Below, one piece after another: positions 14,233 to 30,285 of a DNA stretch of 64,000 bases (position 1 is its first letter; the number at the start of each line of letters is the position of its first letter). The notes below the pieces were generated by a model. It saw only the letters and a program-made list of their open reading frames with translations, ran no database searches and had not been told where the DNA came from. The stretch is taken from positions 62,001 through 126,000 of the forward strand of contig OZ025711.1 of the NCBI GenBank assembly GCA_964019335.1, written 5' to 3'. Made by a program: the position numbers and the translations under genes. Source of the stretch: Diplonema japonicum (lineage: Eukaryota; Protista; Euglenozoa: Diplonemea).

Positions 14233-14736
14233 TCATCCTTCGATGTTATACGAATCTGAGTAGTTGATGACAAAGGTGAGATCGGTTTCCGTTGCGCCTT
14301 TAACAATGCAGAGTTCGAGGGAGTTATTTGTGTAATCGATGAGTTCCAGCGAGGCTTCAAAGTATAGATGGAGGATGGTGGTCATTAAAGCCTGGGTTAC
14401 ACCAGTTATGGTTACTGTCGATCGTGAGATGAGTTTAGTCAGGTGAGCTGAGCTGTCTGCGTGTGCGACTATGGACTGTGCGGTGACGTTGCTTGTGTAA
14501 GTCTTGTCGAAGAGGGTGGCGGGTTTTACAATTAAGACAAGTGGGTCTTTTATACTTTTTACAGTAACGGTTAATCTGTATCCGCATTCCTCTTCCAATT
14601 CCTGGGTTGCCATCCTCACCCCAGACAATCCTTCAAAGATATTCGTTTCCCGCACCACGATTTTCGCCTTTCCCTTCGCCAGCACGATCTCTTTCACCTC
14701 TCTTGAATGCATCACCGCTGCGACCACATCTGCCAT
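14233..14736 (-). CDS. Hypothetical protein, 167 aa
   Basis: Coding-like composition, ATG preceded by an A-run as in neighbouring genes; no recognised motif. Confidence 0.6.
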   Translation of the reverse strand: MADVVAAVMHSREVKEIVLAKGKAKIVVRETNIFEGLSGVRMATQELEEECGYRLTVTVKSIKDPLVLIVKPATLFDKTYTSNVTAQSIVAHADSSAHLTKLISRSTVTITGVTQALMTTILHLYFEASLELIDYTNNSLELCIVKGATETDLTFVINYSDSYNIEG

Positions 14737-15311
14737 TTTTTTTTTTGTTATATTCCCTTCCTCCCCTCTTTATTATTATCATTATTTTTTTTTTTAAACT
14801 AAGGAATGGGGATAATCAAAATAATAAAAAGCAATGAATAAAAAAAAAATAAAAAAAAAACCAACTACAAGAGGGATAATGGAAGGGGAAAGGGAGGGGA
14901 AGGGGATGGAAACTAAATGAGAGGGACCGAAGGGCGACAATTGGGGAGGGGGAGAAAGAAGGGGGGAAACATAGCATGTCTCTTTTTGCCTGCTATAATA
15001 AACCTCCAAAGCCTACCACACCCCCCCCTCTTTTTTTCCCCCAACTATTTTTTTTTCTTGTAATCCTATTATTTTTTTCATCTTCTTTTTTTCTTAACCC
15101 ACCCATTCATCTTCCCCCCCCCCCCTCCCCTGGTGATCACATGAAAAATGACATTCTTTTGGAGGGGAAGGGGGGGGGGGGGAAATGGCAAAAAAGTTTT
15201 TTTTTGGAGGGGGATGGGGGGAATGCTACACTTTTTTTTGGCGGGAGAAGGGGGGGCAAAAAAATAAAAAATAAAAAAACACACTTTTTTTTCTCGTATT
15301 TTTTTCTTCTT

Positions 15312-17327
15312 CTAGAAATTTGGAGATTCTTCCCCGGTCCTTCGTCTTTTTGTCTCCTGACCCCGCCGCTTGGGTTTTCTTAAAAGAGACACGGCTTGCG
15401 CGAAGCTGATGGTGGAAGAAGGGAGTCCTGCGGTACTGGGCTTAATGGCAACAGTTTTCGCCTTCAGATTTATGGCGCCTACTGTAGCAGAGACCCATTC
15501 AGATATCTTCTCGGAGAAGAAGTCAACAGTGGACCCTTGGGAGTAAGGAAGCTTCGAGGTGCTGGTGACGGCAGTGTCCTTCAACGAAATACCTATAGCT
15601 GAGAGTTTCCGGATAATAGCCTGCATGGTCTCCCCGTCGATCCTCCCTCTCCAGGTTTGCACCAGTTTGGTGTATTTTTCTTGCCAACCACCTTCGTGCG
15701 TGAAGTCCATGTACTCGGCCACCAGGTCAGGCAGCTTTACAACCCATGTGGCTCGGACGGATTCTCCAGAAAATTCTTTCATGTTCAGCAAGCAGTCGTA
15801 GGCGTACCAGGCCTTCAGCTTTTCGCTCCCATCCTCCAGTCCTTTCAAGGTTCTCACCCAGCCGTCCTTCAGTGCAAAGTACTGTCCGCTGTGTTTTGTT
15901 GCGTAGCTTGCAAGCTGGCTCGCGTCGCCCTTTGTAAAGGACCGGCTCCCGTTTTGCAAACACTTTGTGAGCCATGATCTGAACTTCTGCGATGCGGGCA
16001 CCACGTTGAAACTGCCAATGTCCGATAGGTCGATGTCGGGGATGTCCTATAAAAAAGTTTTTTTTATAGAAAAAAAAAAAAAAAAGGTTCATACACAAGT
16101 GATCTCCTTCCTCTTTCGCTGCTGTCTTCCGGGCACCTTGGCAGGCTTTGTCATCCCGAACGAGGTGTTTGTTTCCTTTTTTTTTTTTTTTTTTTTTTTA
16201 AATGTAAACACACCGTGGCTGAGGGTTTTTTCGCCTTTTGCGGCTGCAGCGTATCAGAGTAGCTGCTGAGCTGGGACGCTGAAAAGGGCTGCGGTTGGGA
16301 CATGTCTGTCCGCGCGAGTTGCTCTGAGAGCTGGCCCTGAGAGATTGTTTTTTTTTTTTTTTTTTAAATTTAATTTTGTAAAGTTACATGAGGAAATTCC
16401 TAAAGAGCCATAAAAATCAGAAATCACTTTACCGTTCACGAGTAAAAATAAAGTGAAGAATAAAAATCAGGTAATAGGCCGAATTTGGCTTAAAAAAGTG
16501 CCGTAAAAATCAGGTAAAATCTGATTTTTACTCTGAGCAATTTTTCGGGCTTTTTCGGTATTCGTCTTCATTTTTTGCATCTGGTGGCCGCTGACACCGC
16601 CATAGGCCAGTGGTCAGGACCCTCGGCCAGGGTTTCAGGGGTCGAGGACCGTTTTTTGACCCCGATTTTATCGAAAAAGTTCGGGGTCCAGGATTTGATC
16701 TGGCGTCTCCAGGAGACGAGTGCGACGACATAACCACTGAGCTACGGCATGTTGCGCTTTTAAACGTCGCTCGACACATACATCATAATCGCCTCGCAAA
16801 ACATGAGACGAAACCCAACCAACCCAAACCACAGTCAGGTATCTGAGGCAAAAAACAGTCACGTTTCCGGGCCACCAAGCATCACACCTGAGGCTGGCAA
16901 ATGCCGAAAATTACACTGGCCATGCATACAGGCGTTCTTTTGCACAATGTTTGTTGATGAAGGAACCTGCTATTTTGGCTGGAAGTCAGACCTGATCAAG
17001 CCCCCGCACAAAACCAGCAGTTTCTGAAGTGCGATGATCAAGTGCCGACACAAATTACACAAAACCTACAGAATTCTGTCAATTTGACATCCTCTTCTCA
17101 GGCAATCAGGCTTAGTCTTGACATCAGTGTGAACATTTCGCAGAAGTGAACATAAAGGGTTCACAGTGTCCGAAATTTCCTCATTTAACTTTGCATTAAA
17201 TAAAATATCATATTAAATAAAAATCAGCCAGACTTTTACTCGGAATTTTTTTTTTTTCACTCGTTTTTTTGGGAAAAAAAAAAAATTCCTCGTAAAAATC
17301 AGGTAATCTGATTTTTATTTAATAAAT

Positions 17328-17361
<34 letters not shown>

Positions 17362-17494
17362 CCCCTTCTCGCTACCTTTTCCTTAATCATTTCCATATGG
17401 ATTTGTTTGGCGTTGATGACGGCTCGAAGGTTGTCTGTGTCCTGGCCTCGGGGGGCGGAGAAGGTTCCGGCTTGCTGTGAATGGGTTGTTTGAG

Positions 17495-17525
<31 letters not shown>

Positions 17526-17751
17526 ATACATTCAGCAAATTTGTAGTCGACTCCAGTATGGACTCTACAGGTTTCAGCTGCTTCTGTCCCTGGCTCTGTC
17601 CCTGGCTCGGTCGGCTCATGGGTATCGCCTCCGCCTCTTCCTCCACTGCCTGCTGCTCATATTTTACTTGCACGGGTTGCGAATGATGATGTTGTTGCTG
17701 ACCCAGCGGGGTCAGGGGTGTGTACCTGTTTTCGTACACAGGAGGCTGCAT
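15312..17751 (-). CDS. Hypothetical protein with possible CID/VHS-like helical domain, ~409 aa, 5 exons
   Basis: Exons 17751-17530, 17474-17376, 16336-16214, 16145-16095, 16046-15312; every exon is a multiple of 3 with GT-AG introns. KLKAWYAYDCLL resembles the CID motif KLxxxYxxDxI. Confidence 0.65.
16379..17330. mobile_element. Non-autonomous DNA-element-like insert in intron 2 (16337-17375)
   Basis: TAAAAATCAG at 16411, 16461, 16504, 17218, 17293. Palindromes at 16504-16530 and 17293-17317. An imperfect inverted repeat links 16379-16400 to 17172-17193. The intron is ~1 kb where most are ~40-70 nt. Confidence 0.55.
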
Positions 17752-17869
17752 TTTATATATTTATATTTTTTTCCCCCCCGGTTTATTTACCCCCCCTCCC
17801 TTCTTTTCCCTATAATAAATAATATCTTTTGGAAAAAATAAAAAAAGATTTTTTTTTTGATCCCATCTT

Positions 17870-18403
17870 TTATTCATCATCGTCGTCGCAGGGTGCGAAC
17901 AAACCCCCTTGAAAACCTTTCATTTTTTTACCGCGTATGCCTTTACGGCCTTTTTCCGGAGGTGGAGGCATTGTGGGGCGAGGGGTGGGGGCGGAGGGCT
18001 TTGATTTCACCATTGTCGCTGCTTTTGGTTTTGGTTTTGGTTTTGGTTTTGTTTTTGTGTTTTTTTTCGCTGGGGCGTCGTATGTCACGGGTGTTGCTGC
18101 TTCCAGCTCTTCTTCTTCTTCTTCTTCTTCTTCTTCCGCAATGCCGCCAATGGATCCCTTTTGCATGCCTAAGGCAATGGCTCGCTGTGTTTGCAGAAGA
18201 GCTCGACCGGAGTCTCCCAGCCCAGATATCCATGATTCGATCTCGCTCCCTATCACTTTGCTCATAGCTGCTTCACTTTCGCCTTCAGGTGCGAGTTTTT
18301 TCCTCTTTTCACTGCTTATCTCTTCCCGCACCTTGGCCTTGTCTATCTTCTTTTTTACGAGTTTTCTTTTCACCTTCACCACTCTCTTGACAATTTTCTT
18401 CAT
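17870..18403 (-). CDS. Lys/Glu-rich low-complexity hypothetical protein, 177 aa
   Basis: ORF with an A-run before the ATG; poly-E and KP repeats. Confidence 0.55.
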   Translation of the reverse strand: MKKIVKRVVKVKRKLVKKKIDKAKVREEISSEKRKKLAPEGESEAAMSKVIGSEIESWISGLGDSGRALLQTQRAIALGMQKGSIGGIAEEEEEEEEEELEAATPVTYDAPAKKNTKTKPKPKPKPKAATMVKSKPSAPTPRPTMPPPPEKGRKGIRGKKMKGFQGGLFAPCDDDDE

Positions 18404-20798
18404 TTTTTTTGGGGGGGGCGCCCTCCTTTTTTATTGCCTTTTTATTAGATTCTTTTTGCAGCTACGGTCTTGGCATTTTAAAAAGGGTGTAGAGGTGTTA
18501 AACAACAAAAAAAGAGACATTAAAAAAAAAAGAAGTATAATGACACAGGAGAAAAGGAACTGGAAAAATAGAGAAAAAAAAAGAAAAAAAGAAAACAATC
18601 TGCAAAAAAAAAAGTTTTTTTTTTGTTCTTTTTTTTTTTTTTTTCTTTGCACGCGCGTTTTAAAAAAATAAAATAAAACAAACAGTGTGCGTTCTACAAA
18701 CCTTTTTTTTTGCTTAGAAAGTCTCGGGTCATTCTTATTCATTTATACGTGCGGTATAAAAAAAAATATAAAAAAAATATATATATACGTGTTAGAAATC
18801 GTTATCATTAACATTTAGCGGGAGTCATTTTTTTTTTTCTTTCCCATTCGTCTGCGTCTAACGAACAACAACAACAAAATGGGCAAATCTCACTTGAGGA
18901 CCACCCTTTAATATCACCAATAATAAAATTTCATTATTATTACGGCGACGGGGGGGGGGGGGGGGGGGGATGTTCACTAGCAAACTGAGATAAGTAGGAC
19001 AGTATTTGCAGCAGTATTGGTGTTAAGAACGAAATAATTTTTTTTTGTGAGAGAAAATATAAAAAAAAAACTGCAAGAGCTAAACATTCATTTAAAAAAA
19101 AAAAAGAAAACTGTGGTAACTAAGACTTGTTTTTTCCCCCCCCCCCATTCTTATTTTTTTTAAACACCCTTTCGTAATGTTTCGTCGCAACACACCTTTT
19201 AAATGAGGGGTTTATTATTGCACTCCAGTGCAATGATGAAAACCCTCCAATTTTTAAGCCAAAATTTTCGCCAGCGAGTGAAGAAAAAAAAAAGTCCTTT
19301 TTTTTTTGTTTTTCATAAATCAATAGTTATTCTTATTAGCGACTTATGTCCTTTTTTTTTGCAGTTCGCACTGGTAAGAAAAAAAAAAATCCCCCAGAAA
19401 TAGTTGCTAGAGTTTACCCCCCAAGTGTTTAGTCAAAAAAAAAATAGAGCCCCTCTATCCTCTTTCCCTCGGTGGGAAGAATATCTAATAATTCATAGGA
19501 AGAGAAGAACAGCGAAAATTTCGTGCGCCCTTTCACGCCCCTTAAAGGCAACTGACGTTTCTTCCCTCGGTTTAAAAAATTAAAAAAAAACATCATTTGA
19601 TCAAAAAAAAAGGTCAGATGATAAGGCCGTACACGGAAAGAAATATCACAGGGGCCACACTGACCCACCTGTGTTTATTTCCCCCTATTCCTCCTATTTA
19701 TTTTTTCTTTTTGACCTCAGTTGCTCAAGGGGCTAAGGGGCGCAGAGAAAATCAGAGACGGGAGGGGGGGGGGATGCCCAAATTGAAAGTTCGAAAAAAG
19801 AGGGGTCTAGCAGAGAATGATTCAATCCTTTCTTTTTTTTTTTCCCTGTGGAAAACAAACAATCTCAAGGCTTTTTAAAAGGGGGGTATCAGGACCGAAG
19901 CCAGAAAACATAGAAGAATTTAAAAAAAAAAAAAGAGAAAAATTGACGAAATAAAGGATATCTAGATCTAGAAGAATTGAAAAAAAAAAAAAAAAAAAAA
20001 AAAAAAAACATCACCGGTTAGAAGCTCACTCCGAATGTGTCACCTAACTAACTGCTGGCAACCTGTGCCAAAACCCTTAAGCTGTTAAGCAATATTTAGC
20101 GACCCACCGAAGATTACGAGCTAAAAATACATTAAAAAAAAATGATTATTTATGACTTATGTCATTGTTCGCACGAGCAACACAAAAAAAAAAGAGATTT
20201 TTTTTTTTTTTTTTAAATTAATGCTCGGCACAAGTTGCATAAGGTAATAAAATCATCTTTTTTTGAACAACAACAAAAAAAAAAAAAAAAGAAATCTTCA
20301 AGACCTCTCTCTTTTTTTTTTTTAAAAAAAGAGATCGTGATAAACATAGGGGTGTGATGATGGCATTGCAAGTGATTGCAGCATCGAAGGTGAGGGGTAG
20401 GGGGGGGGTCATATGTAATCTATAACTTCACTTTCGTTCCTTCCATCGACGTTAATAACTAATATGACCCCCAAGAAACACATTTCCGTTGCCGTCCAAA
20501 GTTTGCAAACGCGTTTCCTCATATACCCTTGTTTTTCGTGATAGAATTGGTAAGCTCACCACACAATCCCTCAATTGACTTTTCTTCTTCTTCTGTCCTT
20601 GAGGGCAGGGTGCAAATAATAATACTTATAAAAAAAATATATATTTTTTTCCGGTTCTATACCTGTATACCACATAACCGATATTTTGTATTCTTTTTCA
20701 TTTTTTTTCTCTTTAATTCTACATTTCGCCATAGAATGAGAAAAGAAAATGCCAGACAAACGGGAAGGGGAGGGAGAGAGAGGTGTTAGAAAGAAGGG

Positions 20799-20831
<33 letters not shown>

Positions 20832-21512
20832 AACAACAATTGTCAGTTTTGTTTGAAAAGAAATTACACTGGCACCAGCACATACACGGCATAGTACAGT
20901 TCAGAAGGTAGGGAGAATAGGGCGATAACGCCTAAAGCCCTCCCTTCCCTCTGAGGGGGGAAGTCCACGGGGCACCCGTGCAAAGTCATTCTTTTTTTTT
21001 AAAAAAAAAGGAGTTATGGCCTTTTCCTCTCCCGTTCGAAAGTGGAAAGGGGGAAAGAATTTTGTAGATTTTTTTTTTTTTTTGGTTCGCAAAAGGAAGT
21101 GAAGGGAAAAAAAGAAAAAAAAAACAATAATAATAAAGACGAAAGAAAAGGAGATTTAAATTAAATAAAAAAATAATTTAATAATAATAATAAGAATAAA
21201 AAGAATTGTGCTGAAACGGATAAAGTACCTTTTTTGATATTTTTTTTTTAAATAAAAAACTCTTTTTTAGGCAAGCAGTAAGAGAATTGGATTTTTACGG
21301 AGAGTCCTGGTGGAATGAGCACCAAGTAGTTTGGTGTTACTTTTTTTTTTATATTTTTACCAGCCTTTATTTTAATATTCGCACCCTGGTATTCTTTTCT
21401 TTTTCTTCTTTTTTTTTCCCAATGGGTTCAAGAAGAATTCAAAGAACTAGCGAATTAATTTTGAAACGGAATTAATTCTTGGCAACAGCAGGAAGGTTTT
21501 CTTTTTTTTTCT

Positions 21513-21845
21513 TCCAGATTTCTTTTTTTTTTTGTTGCAAAGGCATTTATTTTAAGATATTGTAAAAGTGAAAAAATGTCTCGGCATTTTTTTTTTCTTT
21601 TTTTTTTTTCATTTCATACAGGAACTCGATAATTAAAAAAAAAAAAACGGAGTGAGAAGTCAGAAAGTGTTTTTTTTTTTTCCAGATTTCTTTTTTTTTT
21701 TTTGTTGCAAAGGCATTTATTTTAAGATATTGTAAAAGTGAAAAATGTCTCGGCATTTTTTTCTTTTTTTTTTTTTTCATTTCATACAGGAACTCGATAA
21801 TTTAAAAAAAAAAAAAAAAACGGAGTGAGAAGTCAGAAGTGTTTT
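21513..21845. repeat. ~165-bp direct tandem duplication
   Basis: CCAGATTTC...GCAAAGGCATTTATTTTAAGATATTGTAAAAGTG...CATACAGGAACTCGATAATT...CGGAGTGAGAAGTCAGAA occurs twice. Confidence 0.9.
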
Positions 21846-21928
21846 TTTTTTTCCTTCTTTTTTTGTTCTTGCTTTTTTTCTTTTTTTTTTTTTTTTATTT
21901 CACTCTTCGTCATTTTCTTCACTCACTA

Positions 21929-23678
21929 GGGGCCTCATTATTTAACGCGAAATCGCCATTATTTAACTAGTTAACCATCTACCAACGGACCATTTTTGCC
22001 CACCAGGGGGTAAATTTTCAAAGCTTCAAAAAAAGCTATTCTAGCGCAACGCCGGGGCTATATGCCCCCGGAAATGCCTCCAGATGTCCCAATTCTAGAG
22101 AGAGGGTGCCCACAGCAGGGCCCACTCCCACAACATTGTCAAAAATATCGTTCCTGAAGTGCCCGAGAGGGGGTACAAAAAACAAGTCAAAAAGAATCGA
22201 AACAATGACTAAGGAAGAATCGGAACAATGACTAAATATGCACTTGGTGGGGAACAAGATGTCCTTTCCGGCTTTCATTCTCTTTTGGCGGACGGTCAAA
22301 TTTGACTTCACTGGAACATCCAACGTCGATAGAAAGCACACAGGCTTGATGTCATGCCACGTTGTGGTGCAAAGGATGCTCGCGTGCTGGTGGAACTGTG
22401 TCCCCACGGGATGCGCGTCCTTGGGCTTGCGGCCTCGCTTCTTTGGGGCATCCATGATCTCCGGGAGGCCTTCGCGATAGGTAGAAGTCAGCACGCTTGT
22501 TTGTTTCGCTGTGGAAACACAGATTTCCCAGAATAGTCAAAAAGCGGTCTCTTGACATGACGGTGGCGTACCCAGGGGTGTAGTTGAGAAACGTGGAGCC
22601 AGTGCACCAGTAATCAGAATAATCTGGCTTGATATCCAAGTCCATCGACAAAAGGACACCTAGGAAGGTACGCAGAGAAGCAGCATCGAGACCAGGGAGA
22701 CACCTTTTTTAGCCGCATTTGCCACATTGTTCGAAGTTATGACCCGAATAAAGTTTGGGACGAGCATTTGGGAGAATATATGGTATGGCGTTGAGCCTTT
22801 GATGTCAAAACAGGGTCCACAAGGATTCCGATCTTCACGAAACCGGATGCCTTCCAACTGCTCCGGCTTTGCCGTCCAATCACCCTGCTGTGACTCGGAA
22901 TCGGTCGAATTCGTGTCAGAATCACTGTTTGTATCAAAATTGCATAATAGGGATGAGCCATCAGTGCTGCCATCACTCATGACTTCCTCTTCCGGCCTCT
23001 TTCCGGGCGCCTTTTTTTGAAGTGATTTTTAAGGGTAAATTTGGGCTGGCGTTTTTTTTTATTTTTTCATTTTCTTGTTAAGTTAGGGCAGCATTTAGTT
23101 TATATTTTTCATATTTTCCGCGCAGGACCCCGCCGGCAAGAAAGGGCCGGGCCGTATTGCATTGAAAGCCCTTTGCGTAAAAGATTTTTTTTCAAATCGT
23201 CTATATATAGACGCTCGTTGATAGATGGTTAAATAATGAGATTTTGCAGTTACATAATGGCCCTTCAGAGTGAAAAAATGGGTCTTGTCGTGGAAAAAAA
23301 TGCACCCAACCCCTTGAAAAATTTTTTTGGGGTGGGGGTATTTTGACTATTTTTGGCCATCTGAGGCCATTCCAGCCCTTAAAAGTGGGAATAAGTGCTT
23401 TACTTCCCCTTTAAATGCCACGGCGAAATAGCTACCCTGTATTACCTTAGGAAAATCCCCAAAAAGCTGACCTGCGTGAAAAAAAACAGCAGTGAAAGCA
23501 GTGAAGAGTGAGTGACTCAAATGACGAAAAGTGAAATAAAACGACTTACTTGCCGCCAAATGAGCCATTATTTAACACACTTTTTTTGCACGAGGGCCCG
23601 CAGGGCAAAAATTGTCTCGTGCAAAAAATTCGGGAACTCGAGTTAAATAATGACTCATTATTTGTTGGCAATAAATAG
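21929..23678. mobile_element. Palindrome-rich non-autonomous element hosting the piggyBac
   Basis: CATTATTTAAC motif at ~21937, ~21957 and ~23566, with reverse copies at ~23228 and ~23642; terminal hairpin AAATAATGACTCATTATTT. Ends are approximate. Confidence 0.5.
21975..23228 (-). mobile_element. Internally deleted piggyBac-family DNA transposon with transposase pseudogene
   Basis: TTAA at 21971-21974 and 23229-23232 flank 13-bp TIRs CCATCTA(C/T)CAACG. Broken minus-strand frames carry piggyBac motifs TPYHIFSQM, DYW...MSRDRFLTILGNLCF and WHDIKPVCFLST; the central DDD region is not evident. Confidence 0.85.
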
Positions 23679-24261
23679 CTATTTTTTTTTTTTTTTTTTT
23701 TTTTTTTGTTTCCCCCTTCTCTGTAAAAGGAAAGGTGGCTCTAAGGAACCCGAGAACAAGGATTCAGACATTTGTCAGTTCGGGAGAAAGTAATAATAAT
23801 AAAAGCGTGAAAAAATTTTTGTTTTTGTTTCTCTCGAAAATGCACTCATGGAGGTGTACTCTACCTGTACGAGCTCTCTTTTTATCTCTCTTTGGGGTCC
23901 CTATTTCGAAGGAAAAAGAGGGGTAGGAGAAACAATAAAACAGAGTTAACCCGGGGGGGAAAAAAAGAGAGGAGCAAGAGAACGCGTTGAATAAAAGGCC
24001 ACTAAGAAGAAAAAGGAAATTGCGCTGATTATTATCAAGGCTTATTCTGGTGTCCCTGCCTGAACACCCCCCCCCCCCCCCCCCCCCACCACCTGTGTGT
24101 TCAGTGCATTTCTTTTTTTTTCTTTTTTTTTCTCACCCCTATCCAGTGAGTTCACAAACACAGAGTGATCAACGAGGAAGGGGGAATTTAAAAAAAAAAA
24201 AAAAAGAAAGCACCAACACAAAAAAAAATTTTTTTAGCCCCTCCAAAAAAAAAAATAATTC

Positions 24262-24385
24262 TTTATGACTATATGTCTTTGTTGTTCGCACGAGCAAAAA
24301 AGATTTTTAAAAAGCTGCGAAAGTTTTTGCTCGGCACAAAGTTGCATATAGTTATAAAATCATTTTTTGAAAGATAAATATTTGG
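24262..24385. repeat. Dispersed ~120-bp hairpin MITE-like repeat (other copies 9897-10045, 20150-20270, degenerate 19332-19375)
   Basis: Outer arms TTTATGACTATATG/CATATAGTTATAAA and inner arms CGAGCAAAAA/TTTTTGCTCG; shared GTTCGCA and GCTCGGCACAA blocks. Confidence 0.75.
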
Positions 24386-24541
24386 AACAAAAAAAAAAAA
24401 AAAAAAAAAAAGAAAAGAAATTGCGCAAAAAACTGCTTGGTATTCTTTTGCCAAAGAACAGTCTTTTGAATATTGGCAATAAAACGACGAAAGGGAGGGG
24501 GAAAATAGATAAAAAAAGTCGAGAAGAGAGAGGGATTCGGG

Positions 24542-24572
<31 letters not shown>

Positions 24573-24608
24573 TTCCAAAACGATGACAACAGTTTCTTCA
24601 TCATCAAC

Positions 24609-25826
24609 TCAATACAAGTCAGCCACCACATTAGGATACGGATTGTGCTGCATAATAAACTCCTTTCGGCACGAAGCCTTGTGCACCTCCACCGGCGAAC
24701 TACGGGGCCCCACAGGATACTTAAATATATTCTTCAGCCTCCTCTTCTCCTGCGGTGCCACAGTATCCCCAAGATGACAAGTCTTCAACAACTGATGCAA
24801 GGCTGTAGTTGTATAAATACGCATTGCGGAGATCGGCCCGAAAAGATGCAAAAGCCCATTCTTGGCAAGGAACACGTCTAAAGCCATTTCAGCATACTTC
24901 TCAGGACAGAGATGTCCAATGGGAAGAACGGTTTTCGGGATCTGAGCTTGCATTTCCCTCCACACCTCTCTGCATAGATGGACGAACCTACATGTAGCTG
25001 GCCTACCGCATGCTTCCTTTTGGTGTTGGTTACAAATATGCTTAGCAGTGGTGATCCTGTCAGGTCCCAAACACCTATACCCGGCTGAAAATGCGAAATG
25101 TTTTGCTGGAACCTTACCGATAACCTCGCCGTCTTGGCATATTGTCACATCTCCGTCATCATCACCAACTGTTTCAGCACCGTGATGCCCACAGCATGTT
25201 GGCGGGCGAAGACGGCCTAATACTTCACTAGCCACATGAATCATGTTGCATCTGTCACGCGCCTTGCACCCGTTGGTGTGATAATTACAACACACTGCAG
25301 GCGTTTGCTTCATGATGCCCTCCTGTGTAGCCCACTTTGAACTGTTCACAGTGTGGAATACACGGGTCATAGGCAGACGGAGGTATGAGGATGTTGCTTT
25401 GTCATATGCAATAATGCATTCCTCGTGGCCTGGTTGAGTGGAGGCCCATGTGGAAAGGCTTTCTTGGTATGGGAGGGTTGGGCGGGGTATGTTCTTTTTT
25501 AGGTAGTCGGACAAGATGACAGCGCTTGTGCTTGAGCTGCGGGTGGTGAGGGCTTTTAACAGAGTGCAGCCTTCCTCGCTTTGTACTAGTGTTGTGTTGA
25601 GGATCTGTACAAGGGAGCGAACCTCTCTTCCCGTCATGACGGTTGTCACCATGTCGGTCAGGTATGCTAGTCCTTTGGGCTCATTTTGCATCGAGATCAC
25701 ATTGTCGCAGTTCTTCAGCCATGCAGAGACCACCCACCCCGTGCATCCATTGGGTCGCTCGTCGTCACTTGCAGCAGATACCCTGCTGCAGATCGTAATT
25801 TCCTCTTCTGTGAGTTGCGTTGGCAT
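24609..25826 (-). CDS. CCCH-type zinc-finger protein with possible C-terminal SAM-like domain, 405 aa
   Basis: CNYHTNGCKARDRCNMIH and CNQHQKEACGRPATCRFVH fingers, an intervening CCGHHG, and a SAM-like start LDVFLAKNGLLHL. Confidence 0.7.
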   Translation of the reverse strand: MPTQLTEEEITICSRVSAASDDERPNGCTGWVVSAWLKNCDNVISMQNEPKGLAYLTDMVTTVMTGREVRSLVQILNTTLVQSEEGCTLLKALTTRSSSTSAVILSDYLKKNIPRPTLPYQESLSTWASTQPGHEECIIAYDKATSSYLRLPMTRVFHTVNSSKWATQEGIMKQTPAVCCNYHTNGCKARDRCNMIHVASEVLGRLRPPTCCGHHGAETVGDDDGDVTICQDGEVIGKVPAKHFAFSAGYRCLGPDRITTAKHICNQHQKEACGRPATCRFVHLCREVWREMQAQIPKTVLPIGHLCPEKYAEMALDVFLAKNGLLHLFGPISAMRIYTTTALHQLLKTCHLGDTVAPQEKRRLKNIFKYPVGPRSSPVEVHKASCRKEFIMQHNPYPNVVADLY

Positions 25827-26303
25827 TTTTTTTTTTTTTTTCCCCTGGTTTTTTTTTTTTTTTTGTTTTTCCCTCCCGGTTGTAAAAGAAAAAAAGGGGG
25901 AATTTTGTTACTCTCTTTCTCGTTCCATTTTGACATAATTGTACGGGAAAAAAAAGGGGGGGGGGAAACTAGTTTTTTCCTATCGGGCTCAAAGAAGAAA
26001 AAAAAAAACAAGAAAAGTGTAAGCCTTTTTTTATTTTTTTTATTTTTTTTACCAAGCAACCGAGCTCGTGCGTGCTGGGGAACGTCCTTCGCCACCGTTC
26101 AGAAGGAAAGGCCCTTATAACTGGGCCCCATCAACTCCCATAAAGATAAAAAGGAAAAGAAAAAAAAAGAGTGGAGGACAGGAAAATCCTGCGTTTCCAA
26201 GGGTTAAAGACCTTGAAAACAATCGGGGGGGGGGGGGGGGGGGGGGGGGCCATCTTTGGAAAAAAAAAATGAAAAAAAAAACCACTTTTTTTATGTGCAA
26301 ATC

Positions 26304-29537
<3,234 letters not shown>

Positions 29538-30035
29538 ATCCTTCGAACTCGCTCGCCTATGGTGAATGGGAAGGGGAGGGGAGGGGAGGGGGGAAATGTA
29601 TGTGACATGATAAAATAACAACTTTTAAAAAAAAGTAACAAATGCAAAGAGGGGAGGGGGAGGGGTGAGAATTGCGATACTAACATAAGGAGGGGGGGGG
29701 GGGGGGGGGAGGGGGAGTTGTAGACAAAGAAACTGTGTGACTACTCTATTATTATCTTTTTTTTTCTTTCTCCATTTCTTCCCTAAGGCAGGGGGTTTTT
29801 TCTGTTTTTTTTTTATTATTCCTTTTCGACACCAGTTTCTCTTTTTTTTTTGTGAAAGATCTTTCATAAACCCTTCAATGGGTCAATGGGATTAAAGGCT
29901 CCCGGCTAGAGCAAAGAATAAGGGATTTAAAAAAAATTGAGAATTTCTTATATGTATGAAAAGAGGGGGGTCATAAGGCGGGTCGTTTTTTTTTTTTTTT
30001 TTTTTTTTTTTTGTCATTTTTTCAGTTTTTTCACA

Positions 30036-30285
30036 GGCATTTTGGACCTTTAAAAAAAACTCTAACCACCCCACAAATCACCCAGGATTATGTTCTAATT
30101 TTGTTATCCTATGGAATCCCTTTATAATCGTTATATTGAAGATTACACTGGATTTGTACCAAACGGGGCCCCCAAAATTAGAACATGATCCTAAGCATTT
30201 CTGGGGCCAACCATGGGAAATGGGGTTTGGGTGATTTGTGGGCACTTTTGGGGTGGTTAGAGTTTTTTTAAGGGCTCAAAATGCC
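30036..30285. mobile_element. ~250-bp foldback/MITE
   Basis: Long inverted arms: GGCATTTTG...AAAAAACTCTAACCACCCC, CCACAAATCACCC and AGGAT(T/C)ATGTTCTAATTTTG each have a reverse-complement partner. Confidence 0.8.

Noticed and set aside
18431-21780. Poly-Lys/Phe ORFs in intergenic DNA (also 7.9-9.4, 40.4-42.3 and 57.6-58.5 kb)
   Set aside because: Translations of homopolymer runs.
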